Of a stretch of DNA of 64,000 bases, positions 1-14,049 are shown piece by piece. Where the stretch lies: NCBI GenBank assembly GCA_964016885.1, contig OZ024740.1:81282001-81346000 (forward strand), in the 5' to 3' direction. A model generated the notes under the pieces. That model did not search any database. It saw only the letters and a program-made list of their open reading frames with translations, and was not told the origin of the DNA. A program made the translations under genes and the position numbers. The DNA is from Eledone cirrhosa (taxonomy: Eukaryota). Each line of letters opens with the position of its first letter. Positions within the stretch are counted from its first letter, which is position 1.

Positions 1-1246
1 TAAATTACTATGTAATTACTGAAAGCGTGACACACACGGTCAGACCTACGGTACGTAGGCACAAGCGTATTAATATATAGATATTAGCATATATATAACC
101 CCTCCCACACACATACACACACACACTCACGTTCACACACATATACACACTCACGTACACACACACATATATACACACGCACATACATATAGACACACAC
201 AGAAGAAAGATAAAGAATAAAATGAATGATACACACATGAAATACACTCCATCTACAAGCACATAAAGCTAATAATGGTGAACCTCTCACCCGCACAGTG
301 GAATCTTTGCAAAGCACTTCCATCCTGATAAAAGCATCATGATAAAATAATTCTTAACTATCTCATATAATCACACCATTGCATCTGAACAAATGAAAAT
401 AACAAAACAAAACAAAAAAGAACAACATACGAAATTTGTTTAACCGCACTCAAAATATCCCTTATGATAGAATAAAACGAAACTAATACAAGCTACACAC
501 AAAGTTCAAGTGACATGCTATAACAAAGTATCGCTGGTAATGATATATTGGTACATACTTCCAGGTCTTTCGTCTTTAAAATTTAGCTATTTGGATATTT
601 TAATACAGACATCAAACCTACTCTTATTGCCTCGCATTACTTAAGCTCACTAGCAGTGAATTATAATTATCCTTATATAAAACTTATTAAATATGAAAAA
701 GAAAATAACTTGATAGACGATATATTTGATGTTTGTATAAGCTTGTTGATTTATCCCACTATTGTTTTACTATTTTTAATCTCTGATTTCAGAATAAGTG
801 TTTGAGAATAGATATAGAAAGTCGATAAGCAGCATTAGAAAGATTAAAATTAACGATGTGCGTCATATACGTAATTCCTTGTATCACATCTAAAAGTCTA
901 CTTTGTTTTTTTTTTCAAAAATAGCAAATGAACATTTCCATTTGCAATTATTACTCTGTATTTTCAATTTAGGACCAGGAAATCACATTTTCCAATTTTA
1001 TGTTTTCATTTCTATATAATTATTCTATGTTCCACATCAGTCTTTTATATACATGCAGTCTTAAAGCAAATATTTGTCAACAAACAACCTTCTTATGTAA
1101 ATAAAGGATTAGTGTGTTGACCATTTCACCAAATTACTAATGAAATACATACTCTCGTTAGATTCCATTTTGAAGGGTTTTCTCAAATATACTAAAGTGC
1201 TAACTCTCATATGGCTGCTAATGGTTGTGTTATATGTCTAACATAT

Positions 1247-1394
1247 AGGCCAGCAATTACCCAGTGCATTACTGGTACTTTATTTTATCGACCCCGTAAG
1301 GATGAAAGGCAAAGTTAACCCCGGCGGGATTTGAACTCAGATCGTAAAGGGACGTAACTATGCTGGAAAGAATGGTGTCCGACCCTCTACCGAG
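1247..1394 (-). mobile_element. tRNA-derived SINE with Meta-like central domain, partial copy
   Basis: Minus strand has B-box GAGTTCAAATCCC and core CTTTGCCTTTCATCCTTACGGGGTCGATAAAATAAAGTACCAGT; near-identical to copies at 1657, 31390 and 31598. Confidence 0.85.
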
Positions 1395-1656
1395 GGTAGG
1401 AAAATAATTAATGTAGAAAATAATTAATGTAGAAAAAATATGAATAAAAATAATTAAATGAATTTTCCACCCATGCAATATTACGTATAAACGATAAATA
1501 CATATATGCCTATAGACATGCCAAATGTATTTTCATTGTACATAGAAATACATTGATATATGGTATCATAATATAATAAAGGGAGGAGTGCAGAAGTGCG
1601 TCAGGATATATTTGTTCGTCCTGTTTGTAAAATAAGTTGGATTACTATGAATAAAT

Positions 1657-1843
1657 AATTGTTTCTACTTTAGGCACAAGGCCAGCAATTACCCAGTGCA
1701 TTACTGGTACTTTATTTTATCGACCCCGTAAGGATGAAAGGTAAAGTTAACTTCGGCGGAATTTGAACTCAGAATGTAAAGGGACGTAACTATGCTAGAA
1801 AGCATGGCGTCCGACCCTCTACCGATATTGCCAATTCACCGCC
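1657..1843 (-). mobile_element. Full-length tRNA-derived Meta-domain SINE with 18-bp TSD
   Basis: A-box-like TGGCAATATCGG, B-box GAGTTCAAATTCC, MetaSINE-type core CCTTTCATCCTTACGGGGTCGATAAAA; TSD TTACTATGAATAAATAAT at 1642-1659 and 1847-1864. Confidence 0.9.
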
Positions 1844-2953
1844 TTCTTACTATGAATAAATAATGAATGAATATTACATAATTTATCTACTAAATTTCGT
1901 AACTCTTGATTAAATATAAATAATTGTATTACTTATTTCAAGATTCACTTCTTTAAAATGTTCAAATGTCAACACTTCCGGTTAGCGCCCGATATATAAA
2001 CGCTCATATATTTCTTTCGCTAATTTTCTCCCATTGCATTTTATATATAATATCGTCTTTTTAAAATATATCATGGATTACTTTACGGATTGCAGAAGAG
2101 AGTGTAACACAGTCTCTCTTCAATTTCTGTTTATATTGTCAATTGCGATTTTATTTGACGTATCATATCTACATGCATATATATTTGCGTATAATATCAA
2201 TATGCTGTCAGAAAAACACCCGAACGGTGGTTTTTCTGCTAGTTAAATAAAGACGTGAGCAGAAGAGAAATTGTGAAAAGAAATAGATATTTTCAATTAC
2301 ACCTAAGTAAAAGTGTCGTAATTTTCGTACAAACATACAGCGGAAGGTATGCATGCATTTATGTACTTGTATATATTTATATATGCATGTACGTACATGT
2401 TTTCTTTTTTTTAGTGGGGTGGTGTGGGTGTATGTGGGTGCGCCTCAAGTGGGGCGTTTGCAGAAATTTTGTCTTTTATCTTTTTCAGTCTCCGCTACTA
2501 AGTAAATGCCCGAATATACTAAGTGTTTACTCGGATTTATATATCTGCATATATAAAGTATGTGCGCGGCTCCTCGCCAGCCTAAAGTGTCGACCGTATG
2601 CCCTCTAATCCCACTACCATCAGCTGGTTGTCACACCTGAAGGGTACAATATAATAATATTCTATGTAACACGATTTGTCTCCCCTATCCACTCTATGTG
2701 GTCAAACCTGTTAACAACAACATCACTGCATATTATATATAACAGTTAACTCGTCTCAAAAGTTTAAAAGAATTACTAATATTTTCATGTATTGTCATTT
2801 TAACGTTTTTCAATTTCTAATTTTCATATGAAAAGTTTTCGCTTTCATTTCTGAAAGTGTGACATGGAATTAATTTTTCATCCTTAGTAATATAAATTGT
2901 ATTTATACATGCACGCATATATACATGCATACATACACACATACATGCATATA

Positions 2954-3561
2954 TGGTGGCTGCCAAGTCGTTTTCGAGTACGGCCACAACTTTATATCCA
3001 TGTAGGAGAAACCCCACCGATGCGCTGAACGAGTGTGACTTTTAGTCCAGCCAGGGACTTGAAAACTCTGGTACAAACACTACACTTGTGACAATTATTG
3101 ACACATAGTGCAGGGCCCATGGTACCATGTAACGACAAGTGCAGAGAGATCTCCAGATACAAAGCAATGCCTGTGCCGTGAAGCTTTTATAGTGAGCAAA
3201 GGCACTGCACAAAGCCAGTCCTACTCTCTTAACTGAGATGATATTTACCAAAAAGAAGAACAAGTCAACATCATTGGATACCATCAGAGTTGCAGGTGTT
3301 ATATCAGAGTTTTCCTTCTCCTAGAATTCTGCCTTGACAAAGGCTAAGGGGTCCTCTCTCCCGGTGATTTTGGATGGCCATTGACTCTTAAGAGCTCCTT
3401 TGCCCTTTGACAGGTTTTGTTTTTAGTCATGCAGGATGTCTAAAGTCACCCTCCTCACCAAGGAACCTTGGTGGGGTTGCCAGTTTAGTCGCCAACGACC
3501 CGACCATGAGATAGGTTGTACTGGGATACATGTTACCAGTAGCACCAACAGGTGACCTGAC
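2954..3561 (-). mobile_element. Short non-autonomous RTE-derived element, copy 1
   Basis: 5' part has the RTE-5'UTR-like GGAGAAGGAAAACTCTGA; 3' part is homologous to the C2H2-like RTE C-terminus read in the 25926 copy; (ATGT)n tail; tandem with copy 2. Confidence 0.7.
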
Positions 3562-3594
3562 ATGCATACATACATGCATACATACATACATACA

Positions 3595-4202
3595 TGTTGG
3601 CTGCCAACTCGTTTTCGAGTACGGCCACTACTTTATATCCATGTAGGAGAACCCCTACCGATGCGCTGAACGAGTGTGGCTTTTTAGTCCAGCCAGCGAC
3701 TTGAAAACTCTGGTACAAACACTACACTTGTAACAATTATTGACACATAGTGCAGGGCCCATGGTACCATGTAACGACAAGTTCAGAGATATCTCCAGAT
3801 ATAAAGCAATGCCTGTGCCGTGAAGCTTTTATAGTGAGCAAAGGCACTGCACAAAGCCAGTCCCACTCTCTTAACCAAGATGATATTTAGCAAAAGGAAG
3901 AACAAGTCAACATCATTGGATACCATCAGGGTTGCAGGTGTTATATCAGAGTTTTCCTTCTCCTAGAATTCTGCCTTGACAAAGGCTAAGGGGTCATCTC
4001 TCCCAGTGATTTTGGATGGCCATTGACTCTTACGAGCTCCTTTACCCTTTGACATGTTTTGTTTTTAGTCCTGCAGAATGTACAAAGTCACCCTCCTCAC
4101 CAAGAAACCTTGGTGGGGTTGCCACTTTACTCGCCAACGAGCCGACCATGGGACAGGTTGTACTGGAATACACGTTACCAGTAGCACCAACTGGTGACCT
4201 GA
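3595..4202 (-). mobile_element. Short non-autonomous RTE-derived element, copy 2
   Basis: Direct repeat of 2954-3561, separated and followed by (CATA)n. Confidence 0.7.
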
Positions 4203-4240
4203 CATACATACATACATACATACATACATACATACATACA

Positions 4241-4273
<33 letters not shown>

Positions 4274-6019
4274 CGATGGGTATAAGGGTTGAAGAGACCA
4301 AAGTATCAGAGGTCAGAAGAAATGCTTTTAAAATTAGGTTGATGTCTGCGGACATTTGAATTACCAATATGGTTGGAAGACAACAACTAACGAGCGCTGG
4401 TGCCCTGCACCACCCGCGGTGGAGACAAGTGCGTACCGATATACGTGGAACACCGTATCCTACGCAGCATATGCGACGAATTGTATATGGGACTCACTAA
4501 CAAAACACTACACATCAGTGTCAAAGAACATCCATGAAAAAGAACATAAAAAAACACCTTAACACACATTCATCCTTCTTCAAGAAGCACATAAATAAGC
4601 TAGAAATAAGAATACATGCAATCTTAGAATCAAATAATCGATTCTAATTGCTTAACGCAAACGCCAAACCAACAATTTACTCGAATTTAACAATCACTGA
4701 CTTACACTGACACACTCACTAGCACACTTTCTTCCACGTCCACCAACCTGGTGTAGTCTGCGACTAATCCAGTCTCTGCTTCACTTCGGGTCGAGGAGGG
4801 TAAACTCTCAAAATATCGGTCACGCTCCAACAGGTTTGCGGTCGAGCCAGTTGTAGTGGAGCCGTCCGGTGTCCTTGGCTCTAGGACCACCTCTCTACTC
4901 CCTATCATCGGCATGGAAATGGCTTCCCGCAGGTTTGAGATTTGCAGGCTGGAATGGCTCTTCCAGCGCGTTTTCCCCACCATCTTCTCTATTCTATCCA
5001 GCAGGGTTGAGGGACGGAGAGAGCGTTGGCTCCCATTTGCTTATAATAGTGAGGGGTGGGAAGAACGAGAGAGACGAAGGCAATGACTATATCAGCATTG
5101 CTGAAGTACTTTGTAGAGGTAAAGATTAAGAGATTAAACACACCTACAATAATCTTTTGTTATTATTTATTTATTTTTGTACTTCATTTTAACTCAATAC
5201 TCAAACATTTCTATAATGACACCCGAGTTTAGCCTCATTTAAGCATTTAATATTCAGTGAATTGCTTGTGAAAAAAACCATAGCTTAACTGAGAATATAG
5301 CTTAGACCATATACCACGTTATTTATTCACCACTTTCAACTTAAAAGGTTGCAGTATAACAGCACCTGGTATCCTGATCCGAATTACTTTACGCAATTAT
5401 TCATTTGATAAAGGGATTTTGTCCAAATATATAAAGACTATTCAACACATCCTGTACCTAGAAGTTTGTTTTTAGTTGCTCTATGAGGAGGGTGTACATT
5501 ACATATGTTATATTTTAACAATGTAGCTGAATCTGAAAACAGCCTCTTGCGCCATTCACATGCACAATTCTTTTCTCTATACGTCAGAGCATTAGTGATA
5601 GAAATATACATAGATATTATTGCATTCATTAACACACGTTTCTTACAATCAAAGTTTTGACAAGAGAAATACTCAACAAACCTTTTTATTCTGATTCGTG
5701 GTGTAAATAATATATATGTTTGGATAAAAAGTGTCTCCACCTATGGTTATATTCCAGATGCTTTTGGCATTATGTTAAACGAAGTTTGTTTATTCCTATT
5801 CATATATCTTCAAAATGTGAAAGATAGTATTAAAAGGACTGAAACCTGTTGAGTGTTCAAACTTTTTATAATTCTTCATTTTAACAAACGATACCCAATC
5901 TACACAATTCATTCACATGAATGAATTGTGTAGATTTCTTAGTCTATATAGTTGGGTACATAATGTATAGCAGATGGAAACTCGCCGTCGTCGTCGTCCC
6001 CCTCCCCCTTCCCACATCC

Positions 6020-6022
6020 TTC

Positions 6023-6060
<38 letters not shown>

Positions 6061-6140
6061 GCTGCTGCTGCTGCTGCTGCTGTTGTTGTTGTTGTTGTTG
6101 TTGTTGTTGTCGTTGATGTTGTTGTTGTTGTTGTTGTTGC

Positions 6141-6225
<85 letters not shown>

Positions 6226-6227
6226 GC

Positions 6228-6264
<37 letters not shown>

Positions 6265-6285
6265 CTTCTTCTTCTTCTTCTTCGT
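6020..6285. repeat. Compound (GTT)n/(GCT)n/(CTT)n microsatellite
   Basis: Visible trinucleotide tract; explains the poly-T, poly-V and poly-L ORFs. Confidence 0.97.
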
Positions 6286-6289
6286 CTTC

Positions 6290-8190
6290 CCCCTCCTCTC
6301 ACATATTTATGGGAGGGTCGTGACAATAAAATGCGCAAGCACGACTTTCAGAGGATCCTGTCAGAAACAAACATCTCCAATTGACCAGGCTGGATTTCCA
6401 AGCGAGATTAGCCTAGCTCATAGATATTATCCAACTACCTTGCTTGGAGTCTACTATCGGTCTTCTGTTGGTTGGTTTTTACCGTAAAATCTGTACAGCG
6501 ACTCATTCTAACCACATGTCCATGGTATCGAAGCTGTGATCTCTTGAATCGGAGAGTTAGCACCTCTATATGGAGCGACTCTCTGATCTCCGAGACACAT
6601 ATTCTATCGAGAAACGTTGCTCCGAAGTCTCTTTGAAGTAAACACCATTCACAACGATTGATTTATGATCCTATTCTTCCGATAATTACAACAGATTCCT
6701 GACCATAGGAAACGGTTGGCCCGAGTACCAAATTGTAGATAGTACGTTTGGCTTTTACACATACCTTCTTTATGCTGATGACCCAATAATGAAGCTGGTG
6801 CAATACTGCACCAACTCCTGAAATTCTTGCACTTAATTCAGCCTCTTGCCTTCCTATCATTCATAAATTATGTTTGACCCCCACCTGATTCAGTAGAACT
6901 CCATTCACATGTAGATTGCCCTGTGTAGGATTCCATGGCTGTCTCAGTCTTCGCTGTACTGATCATAATTCCAGTGGTGCACTCTTGACATCAACTCTAT
7001 CAAGTGCATGTATGATACCACCGTTGCTGACTTAAGTAATACCACGTTGTCTGCATATTCCAGCCAACTGACCTTTCAACCACCTGTCATGGTACTAGAT
7101 CCAACCCAGCTGCGCATGTCAATCCAGTTCCTGAGGAATATAAACCGAAGAGTTGACTGTGTGCATTGAATGATTTCGTTTCAACAGGAATTTATTCAAA
7201 TACAAATACTAGGTCATTCGTATAGAGATATCAATGCAACAAGAAGCTGAGCATCGATCTCATACTCTTGCTGAACCTGCCAGAGTAGTCCCGGTGAAAC
7301 GCTATCGAATACTTTTTCGATGTCTATGAAGCAAGTCTACACTTCTTGGCAATACTTCCACGATTTCTCAAGGACCATCAGTAGAGTGAATATTTGGTCG
7401 ACTCTGCTATTTTCGGTGCGAAACCTCACTGTTAATTAACTAGCGTAAATTGAATATCCAGCTAAGCATCTAAGAGATCAGAGACAATATCAAAATAAAT
7501 TATTGATCAGTGTCTGATTCCACTTATGCCATATATGAGTGTCTTTGTGCTGGAAGAAGGTGTTCATAAGATATATCCCATTACTAGAACAGAAATGTAA
7601 TAACGCCTTTTCATTCATATTGAGATCTGGATCGCCGTTCCTTCCAATTACTCTATTTTATGTCAGGTAGTTAGTGCCAACATGTGCATTGAAGTATCTC
7701 ATTAGGATATCAGTCTTAATTTCCTTTAACGCTGTATTGACTTCTTCAATGAAGACACCTTGTTTGATGCCTAACATTGCACCATCCACAGGGACATATA
7801 TTTCCACCTAAGTTTCAAAGGGCAAATCTTTCCCCCAGTGCGATCCAACCCAGAACACAACCTCACAGCCGGTGATTCTGAATAGCACCACTTTCAACTG
7901 TGCGGACCTTTCTGGCGCCACATCTGAATTATGGAGTTTCCACCCTACATCCAAATATACAGTACCGGAACCACCGAACGGTTTGAGGAAGCAGGGACCA
8001 TATCTAGCCAGTAGTGTCTGACCTCCTCCACTAGGTCCTTCTTCTTGCATGTAAGGGTTATGATACTCCATGTTCCTAAGATTGTGGTTTACTCGCTTCC
8101 GCAGGCTCTGTGGGGTATCGGGTTATTCAATCTTTGTGCGTCCACCCGGCGCCTCATATGGCAAGTCGCAAGCCCGTCCCCAGATCTTGC
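6290..8190 (-). mobile_element. Degraded, internally deleted RTE-clade LINE (Rex3/Expander-like)
   Basis: GRQEAELSARISGVGAVLHQL...KAKRTIYNLVLGPTVSYGQES (post-RT region) and GSGTVYLDVGWKLHNSDVAPER (APE N-terminus); many stops. Confidence 0.7.
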
Positions 8191-10319
8191 AGAATGATAT
8201 GGAGACTGCAATATATATTTCAATAAAGCTCCTCTACCAAACGCCTATAATGAGTTGCTTGTTAATCCACACGAAGGACGATGCGATACGATTACTTGTA
8301 TTGCCTCTTATCACATTAACATATGTTTGTTTTAATCGCGCCAATCACCAATCTGGTGCAATTCTCAGCCAATCAGACGGCTGGGATTGGAGAAGACAAG
8401 CTGTACGCGGGAAAACAAAATTTCTGAGTCTCCATTTGTAATTTCAACAGAACGCCGAAAGCAAAATTCCACATAGAGAGAAATCGTTTTTTTTTTATTT
8501 TGTTTTTGTTTTTATCAAACTCTGTCTTTTGTGTTGTATTTTTGTGTTCGTCTGTATGCGTGAGTTACTAGTGTTACCATGAAAGTTATGACAGAAATAT
8601 TGTGCAGGCCGCGTGCTTCAACAATTGGAATATTATGAATTTTATGGACTTACGCTAAGTGAGTCTATAGCCATTAAAACGAATGGCGAATTCAAATAGG
8701 CTGCGTTTTCATACTTAATCGTCGAAAGCCGCCAATAAATGAAAGGAATGTTTCTCTTTGTTGAATATAAGTGACCAATTTGGTTGAGGTATATAAGTAC
8801 CAATTTAGCAGAGAAGTATATTTCGAGAGTTGTAATGTTGCCACGAGGATCCAGGTTTGATAGAGAGATATGATAGGAATATCGACAACGACTTTAGCTT
8901 GGTTTTACATTATTTATTAACAGAGGTTGAGCTGGCATGCCAAGAGAAATAAAACAAATCAATTAAGATTACAAGAGAAAATACGGTCGACTGGCTGAGG
9001 CGTTTAGCCAATTCCGTAGTAAAATGTTTGTGTCGTTGCATATTGTTTGTGCTGGCGGAGCAAAAAGAACAAGTGGTGTTTACTTTAGCACGGTCTAACT
9101 GGAAGTGATAGCGTCCTCAAATCTTTGGGGGCTATTTCTCCCTCAGAACGCGTAGGGATACATCCTCTTCTACTGGCGCTGATTGGCTGAGCTGAGCCAA
9201 ATCACGCACAGAGAATGTATGTGAGCCCGCCGCGGAATGTAGGTCACTACAGATATATACATTAATATCTGAAGCAAATGTGTACAAGCTTAACTGAAGC
9301 TTCAAGAAATGTTTCAACACTCATATTGTCAAACACGTAACCTTCTGAAACAAAAGATCACGGAACATTTCTAAACATAAAGATCTTTCAAGAAAACAAC
9401 ACGCAAATTCGTTTGGCCGATGGTTAATCGACAACAATCCTATTTTCCTGAAAACATTGTTTAGTCAACACCACATGGTAAGGATAACACACTGGCGTTT
9501 AGCCTCCATCCAAAAGCAACAACGTTTACAACACAACCATCAACTTTTAAACCCACTGTACCGAATTACTTCCCACGTATTCAACAACGGAATAACAAAG
9601 AAACAACGCACAAAAGTAGGAAAAGAGTGTATTCTATGAACTATTAACTTGAAGCAGAATGAATCATTAATGCGCATGTTCATTTGAATCTTTTGTAAAT
9701 GTCTTCGTGGTTTTTTGATACGTTCATATTCTTCATCAGTTTTTGATATTCGCCCTTCAATATTTTATATAAGATTATAAAGTTTCACTCATACACTCAA
9801 ATACAACATTCATTTCAAACTTTTACGCACTAACGAAAGTTCATAGTTACCATGTGTAATTCATTTATCTTGGATTTTGTGAGAAATTTCTCTTTCTTCT
9901 TCCGACCCTCAACTAGTTTCGAAGAACGGAATATCTGTCGACACATCCACTTGGTTGCTCAACACAGGACGCAGCAGATACACGTGCTAGTGCAGTTCCC
10001 CAGTATACTGCCCCATCCACATAAACACCACAAGCACACACACACACGTACATGAACACATACATACACACACGCACACACACACACACATACACACATA
10101 TATATATATTTGAAAAAAAGGTTAAAGTTTCATACACATTTAATATTATAAGTAAGAAGTAAAATTATATATTTTTTCATTAACCCGGCAGAATGAATCC
10201 TTCATAATTGATGCATGAAATGAATTTAGTATTTATCCAATAATATCGGGTTTGATTGCTATGTCAATCTTAGCATATATTAATAACATTCTTATATTCA
10301 GTGGGCAGGTTGAACATAT

Positions 10320-11190
10320 GTTTTAACTATTCGTAGATATGAGAATGGTGGTAAGTCGAAACCATTCAATATGGTTGGACTCCGCCAAGGGGCGTACTCT
10401 CGCTTCTCCTGTTCATAATCTTCAAGAACTGGATTAACATGCACAATCCGGTTGGAAATATTATGAAGATGGGGGTGGGTGGGGTAGTATCAATCATCTT
10501 GAATTTGCAGACGGCATGGTATTACTTAACTCGTCAGAAAGTGATCTCCGAGATGCACTTCATACGTTCGTTGCTGAGTGATGCACAGCTGGATTGAAAA
10601 TCTGTGTTGCTAAGACAGAATCACTTATATTCTGAAGGAACCTACGCAGTGCCATCTTTCAGTGAGCAGAGTTCCATTGCAGCAGATGGAAACGAGTGAT
10701 GGAAGGCAGAAAACTGAATTAAGTGCAACAATTACAGGAGATGGTGCAGTAATGCGCCAGATTCAGCATTCACTCATCAGAAGAAGGAAGGTCGGTGTAA
10801 AAGCCATCCTAGGTATCTTCAATTCAGTATTCGTGCCAACCCTTATCTATGGCCATTACCCATGCTTGTTTAAGATCATGTAGCTCGGTAGAAGCGATAC
10901 TTCTCTGAAATGATAGATCCTAACTCTCATGCTCTGGACATGTGGTTATAATTTCTATGAATAAATTGTTGGAAAGATATTATGGGCTACTAAACCGACA
11001 ATAAACCCAGGGTTAGACCCAGAGCAAGATTTTTGCAATACAACCTTGAGCTCGGCTGGTCTCGCTTGGAGATTCAGCTCGATCAATTGAAGACGATTGC
11101 TTCTAACAGGACCGACGTGAAGGTGTGATTCAGGACACTGTCCTCACGTTCTTCCCAAGAACAAGTGTACGAAGAAGAAGAGAAGACGAA
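10320..11190 (+). mobile_element. 5'-truncated degraded RTE-clade LINE, related to the 6.3-8.2 kb element
   Basis: GLRQG and LEFADG RT remnants; SDGRQKTELSATI...IFNSVFVPTLIYGH; GAA-rich tail near 11171. Confidence 0.7.
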
Positions 11191-12084
11191 AGGTGTATAC
11201 CAGAGATTGTCAGGTAGCCTATAACGAACATAACATGAATATCACCACTTTCAATATCCTGGAAGGTGCAAGATGGCTTCTTATGAGAAGAGGCTTTGAT
11301 TTAGGTCTCATATTTAGTTATGAGATTTCTATAGTACTTCAGGTTTGAGAATATTTTCCAATTTGCTACTTGGATAATATTGATTTCTGTTTTATTTAAG
11401 GTTTCTTTTTCATTAGGATTTCTAGTGGAAACCTGTTTTAATAAAGGCATATTAAAAAAACAATCCATAAAAAGAATTGCCGGTTCAAATACTAACTACA
11501 TCATTTACTTCTATTAGTTCTCCTACTTAAACATCTCATTTGCTGTGCTTGTTTGATGTTTTAAAGAGAAACACAATGCTGTAATTCTACATTAAAATTG
11601 CAGTAAAGTCACTCACAGGTACATTCCACGCTCTGGTAATCTAGAGGTATTCTTGCTTTACCTACCAATCAGACACTCCTGACTTGCGCGTCTGAACTCC
11701 TTCCATCATATATGTGTCCAAACACACCCAGGCCTCAGATAAAACATTAGGACCATTTCTTCTACCCATCGCAGGATCTCTGGAATTTTGTTACACGGCA
11801 TTAATATCTCCAGTCACGGAGTTCCTTTGTAAGATAAGGCACTGCCCTGTCCTTCAGATACAGCCAAATGCCTAAAAAATATTCCCCCAATAATAACGTT
11901 TTTTTTTAATATAGATTACATTTCAGGCACTCCATTTATATTTAATCTCGAGGCTATGGCTTATTGAAATCAAAATAGTGTATACACCATAGTGATTGTA
12001 AAGAGATAACACGCTACATCTATTTTCGCAGTAAACTTATTTCGTGGCCGCTTAATATTAGAAACAAATTCCGTAAATTATATT

Positions 12085-12300
12085 CAACGAGGGAGATTTT
12101 ACCAGGTCACTTGATCTTTTATAAAATGATAGCTAAATCTCCTTCATATTACGCTTTACTGACATAGGAAGAGAGAAATGACATTTGGTAATGTGTTTCT
12201 AGATATAAGCCTAAAAACGTGATGGTTACGGATAGAATATCTTTGATCTTAGGTCTGCTCAATCAGTGCCACCTGGGAGCAAAGAAAAATCAGCATCAAC
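12085..12300 (+). repeat. Diverged interspersed repeat, possibly the 3' part of a SINE
   Basis: GGTCACTTGATC...TTTGATCTTAGGTCTGCTCAATCAG...CACCTGGG resembles an abundant octopus repeat as I recall it; a weak inverted relative may lie near 41725-41890. Confidence 0.35.
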
Positions 12301-12914
12301 AGGACACGCTGTTAAAAATAGGGAACTCATTTTTTAGAATGCTATTTATCATAATATCACTGACGCCATGAACATGCCTGCGATGTTCCAGAACGAAATT
12401 TCTCTAAATAGAAAACAATCAAACAATGCACACTTTAGTCAGAGGGTCACACAATGTAACTTCACCAAAAATCAATAAGACCATTATTCAAACCGAATTC
12501 TAAATCACGTCAACAATGTAGTAAATATATGGCAATCCCCAAGTGGTTTCCAAGTACTATATAAAACCGAGGGCTCTTAGGAATATATTGAAACAATAGA
12601 GCATGTGATATGACAAACATAAAATAAACAATTAGCAATATAATGCCACAAAAAGTTAAATCTCATGTTATTTTCCATAAATGTAGAATATGTTTTTTCG
12701 CTTCTATTGAAAACAACATTTCATACTTTACCAGCAATCCCCAGAAACTACTAATATCTTTAATCTTATGTGTAAGTAGTTTTTCTAACTTTTTGTGGCA
12801 TTATTAGATCGAACACTTTGTACATTTGCAGATTGAATACACAACATCAAATTATATATACCAGCATCAAACAAACGATCTAAAATCGACTTAGCTCTCA
12901 TCAGGCTACACACA

Positions 12915-12952
<38 letters not shown>

Positions 12953-12953
12953 C

Positions 12954-12986
<33 letters not shown>

Positions 12987-12994
12987 CGTATATC

Positions 12995-14049
12995 TGAATA
13001 AAAAAGAAAAACGAACACACGCATATACATATATGTGTTCAAATCGTAATGGACCAGATCCGCTAAGGTGAAACGGATACTAACTACAGACAATAGGGTT
13101 TGCTAGACTCAATTTAAGAATAAATCAAGAAAAATAAATACAAACCAGAATTGTGGTAACTATCGATCACCCGGACAGTTTTGATAATACTATTTCGCAA
13201 TATTAATTGTGAAGAGGAATACCAAAATTCTAGCTCATCAGCGGGTGAAGAATTATTAGTATCCTGGTCACTTCTAAATATAATAAAAAAACTGGATACT
13301 GTGCGTATATGTAATGCACATGGTTCCAGAACTTAGCGTGTCTCGCAAACTCACGGCACTAAAAATAGCAGCCGGGTTTACTCGACATTTCAATTAGCTC
13401 GACGAATTAACGGAGCCGAATATATCAAAGGCATGTATTGAGTTAGAAACTCAAAATAGTCTTATTAGAGTAAATTAGCTCTAGGAAAGCGGTTTTTCCG
13501 AGCCGTATAATATAACTGGAAAAAAAGGAAAAACGAACATATACATATACATATATGTGTTCAAATCGTTATGAACCAGATTCGCTAAGGTCAAAAGAAT
13601 ACTAACTACAGACAATAGGGTTTGCTAGACTCAATTTAAGTTCTGGAACCATGTGCGTTACATATACGCACACTATCCAGTTTTTTTATTATGTTTAGAA
13701 GTGAACAGGATACTAATAATTCTTCACCCGTTGGTATTCCTTTACACAATTAATATTGCGAAACAGTATTATCAAAACTGACCGAGTGATCGGTAATTAC
13801 CACAATTCTGGTTTGTATTTATTGTTCTTGCTTATTCTTAAATTGCGTCTACCAAATTGCGTCTACTGTAGTTAGTATTCTTTTCACCTTAGCGAATCTG
13901 GTCCATTATGATTTGAAAGCATATATGTATATGTCTGTGTTCCTTTTTCTTGTTTGTTCAGTTATATTATACGGCTCGGAAAAACCTCTTTCCTAGAGCT
14001 AATTTACTGTTATGAGACTATTTTGAGCTTCTAACTCAATACATGCCTT

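Noticed and set aside
1657-1843. tRNA gene
   Set aside because: A/B boxes are present but there is no cloverleaf; multiple copies with TSDs make it a SINE.
3420-3561. HDV-like or twister ribozyme in the RTE-derived leader (GG-GTCG ttgg CGA-CTAA-ACTGG)
   Set aside because: P4, J4/2 and P2-like parts are present, but I could not build P1, P3 or P1.1, and there is no twister core.
4560-5150. Possible solo LTR or coding fragment
   Set aside because: No clear TG..CA ends, TSD or recognisable protein motif.
5913-6487. Poly-T/V/L ORFs, and YI/CV-repeat ORFs elsewhere (e.g. 25588-26492, 28459-28986)
   Set aside because: They are translations of microsatellites.
8832-9320. Possible solo LTR
   Set aside because: Candidate TG..CA ends have no matching TSD.
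9320-9745. Possible GIY-YIG remnant (YCQTRNLLKQKITEH) and minus-strand CTGATGA
   Set aside because: Too decayed, on opposite strands, and no complete hammerhead fold.
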